A stretch of 63,927 nucleotides of DNA, counting the filler, from Reticulomyxa filosa (Eukaryota > Protista > Foraminifera), in assembly GCA_000512085.1 (NCBI GenBank). It is 12 parts of 12 records of this genome, joined end to end, with 100 filler letters (N's around TTAATTAATTAA, not from the genome) between each part and the next. Parts side by side here need not be neighbours in the genome. Positions count along the whole stretch, not along the records: positions 62,840 to 63,927 come from ASPP01001425.1; 11 more parts are not named here. One strand, 5' to 3'. The first letter of the stretch is position 1. Each line of letters begins with the position of its first letter. The translations under genes and the position numbers were made by a program. Positions 63,501 through 63,927 of this stretch are shown piece after piece. The notes under the pieces were generated by a model. It was not told where the DNA came from and did not search any database. It saw nothing but the letters and a program-made list of their open reading frames with translations.

Positions 63501-63927
63501 TTGACGATACATAATGTCCATAGACTTTAAATGTGCATCTATTTTAATCTCTTATTATTATTAGAAATATATTTAAATGATAACAAAAAAAACTCTCAAA
63601 CACTCAGCAGCTGCTGTGTTTTGTCGTTTTCGGCACAAGTCAAAATAATGCAAAATATCTGCGAGTGCTTATACAATAGAATCCAAAGTAAAATTGACAC
63701 CTAAAACGGCACCTTATAGAGATGATTAATTTTTTACATGAAAAAACAACATTCAGACCTTAATTTTTTTTATTTTAAAAAATATCTACAAATCGTGTAC
63801 TTTTTAAACATCATTTTTAATTTAGTTTTGTATTAAATCTTTACTAATTATTTCAATATTTTATACTTTATTTTTCTTTTCTTTTTTTTTGAAAATTGCT
63901 AAAGGATTGAGAATTTTACAAACTTTG

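Noticed and set aside
1-63927. Alternative genetic code suggested by the divergent eRF3
   Set aside because: Conserved genes end normally at TAA (CISD3), TAG (eRF3-like) and TGA (GRP94, B9D2), and I saw no in-frame stops in their conserved exons.
1-63927. rRNA, tRNA, CRISPR arrays, telomeric repeats or prokaryotic operons
   Set aside because: None recognisable. The genes carry spliceosomal GT-AG introns.

Overview
This is AT-rich, intron-rich eukaryotic draft-genome DNA. The gene families, poly-Asn/dipeptide repeats and microsatellite-filled introns suggest a foraminiferan such as Reticulomyxa filosa (inference, not verified). Eleven artificial 100-nt N spacers with a TTAATTAATTAA core split the window into 12 segments. 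About 20 mostly spliced genes can be read. The recognisable ones are a Zn-module/RelA-SpoT-like nucleotidyltransferase/NACHT NLR-like protein, an ankyrin-FYVE protein with a C-terminal R-SNARE-like helix, B9D2, a TBC1D22/Gyp1 RabGAP, a Ser/Thr kinase and a CCDC112-like protein. Also present are an intronless Tudor-SAM-RING gene, a divergent eRF3, a stand-alone myosin TH1 domain, a degenerate class III cyclase, a decayed non-LTR retrotransposon, a large BEACH-family-like gene, GRP94, a coiled-coil/SPRY protein, CISD3, an N-formylglutamate amidohydrolase-like enzyme and an AIM24-like gene. The strongest candidate for a novel system is the NLR-like NACHT protein with an alarmone-synthetase-like effector domain. 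Other notable points are the membrane-anchorless FYVE-R-SNARE, the eRF3 lacking its catalytic His, and introns with U-rich 5' halves and A-rich acceptors. All domain calls come from motif recognition by eye, and exon boundaries are approximate.
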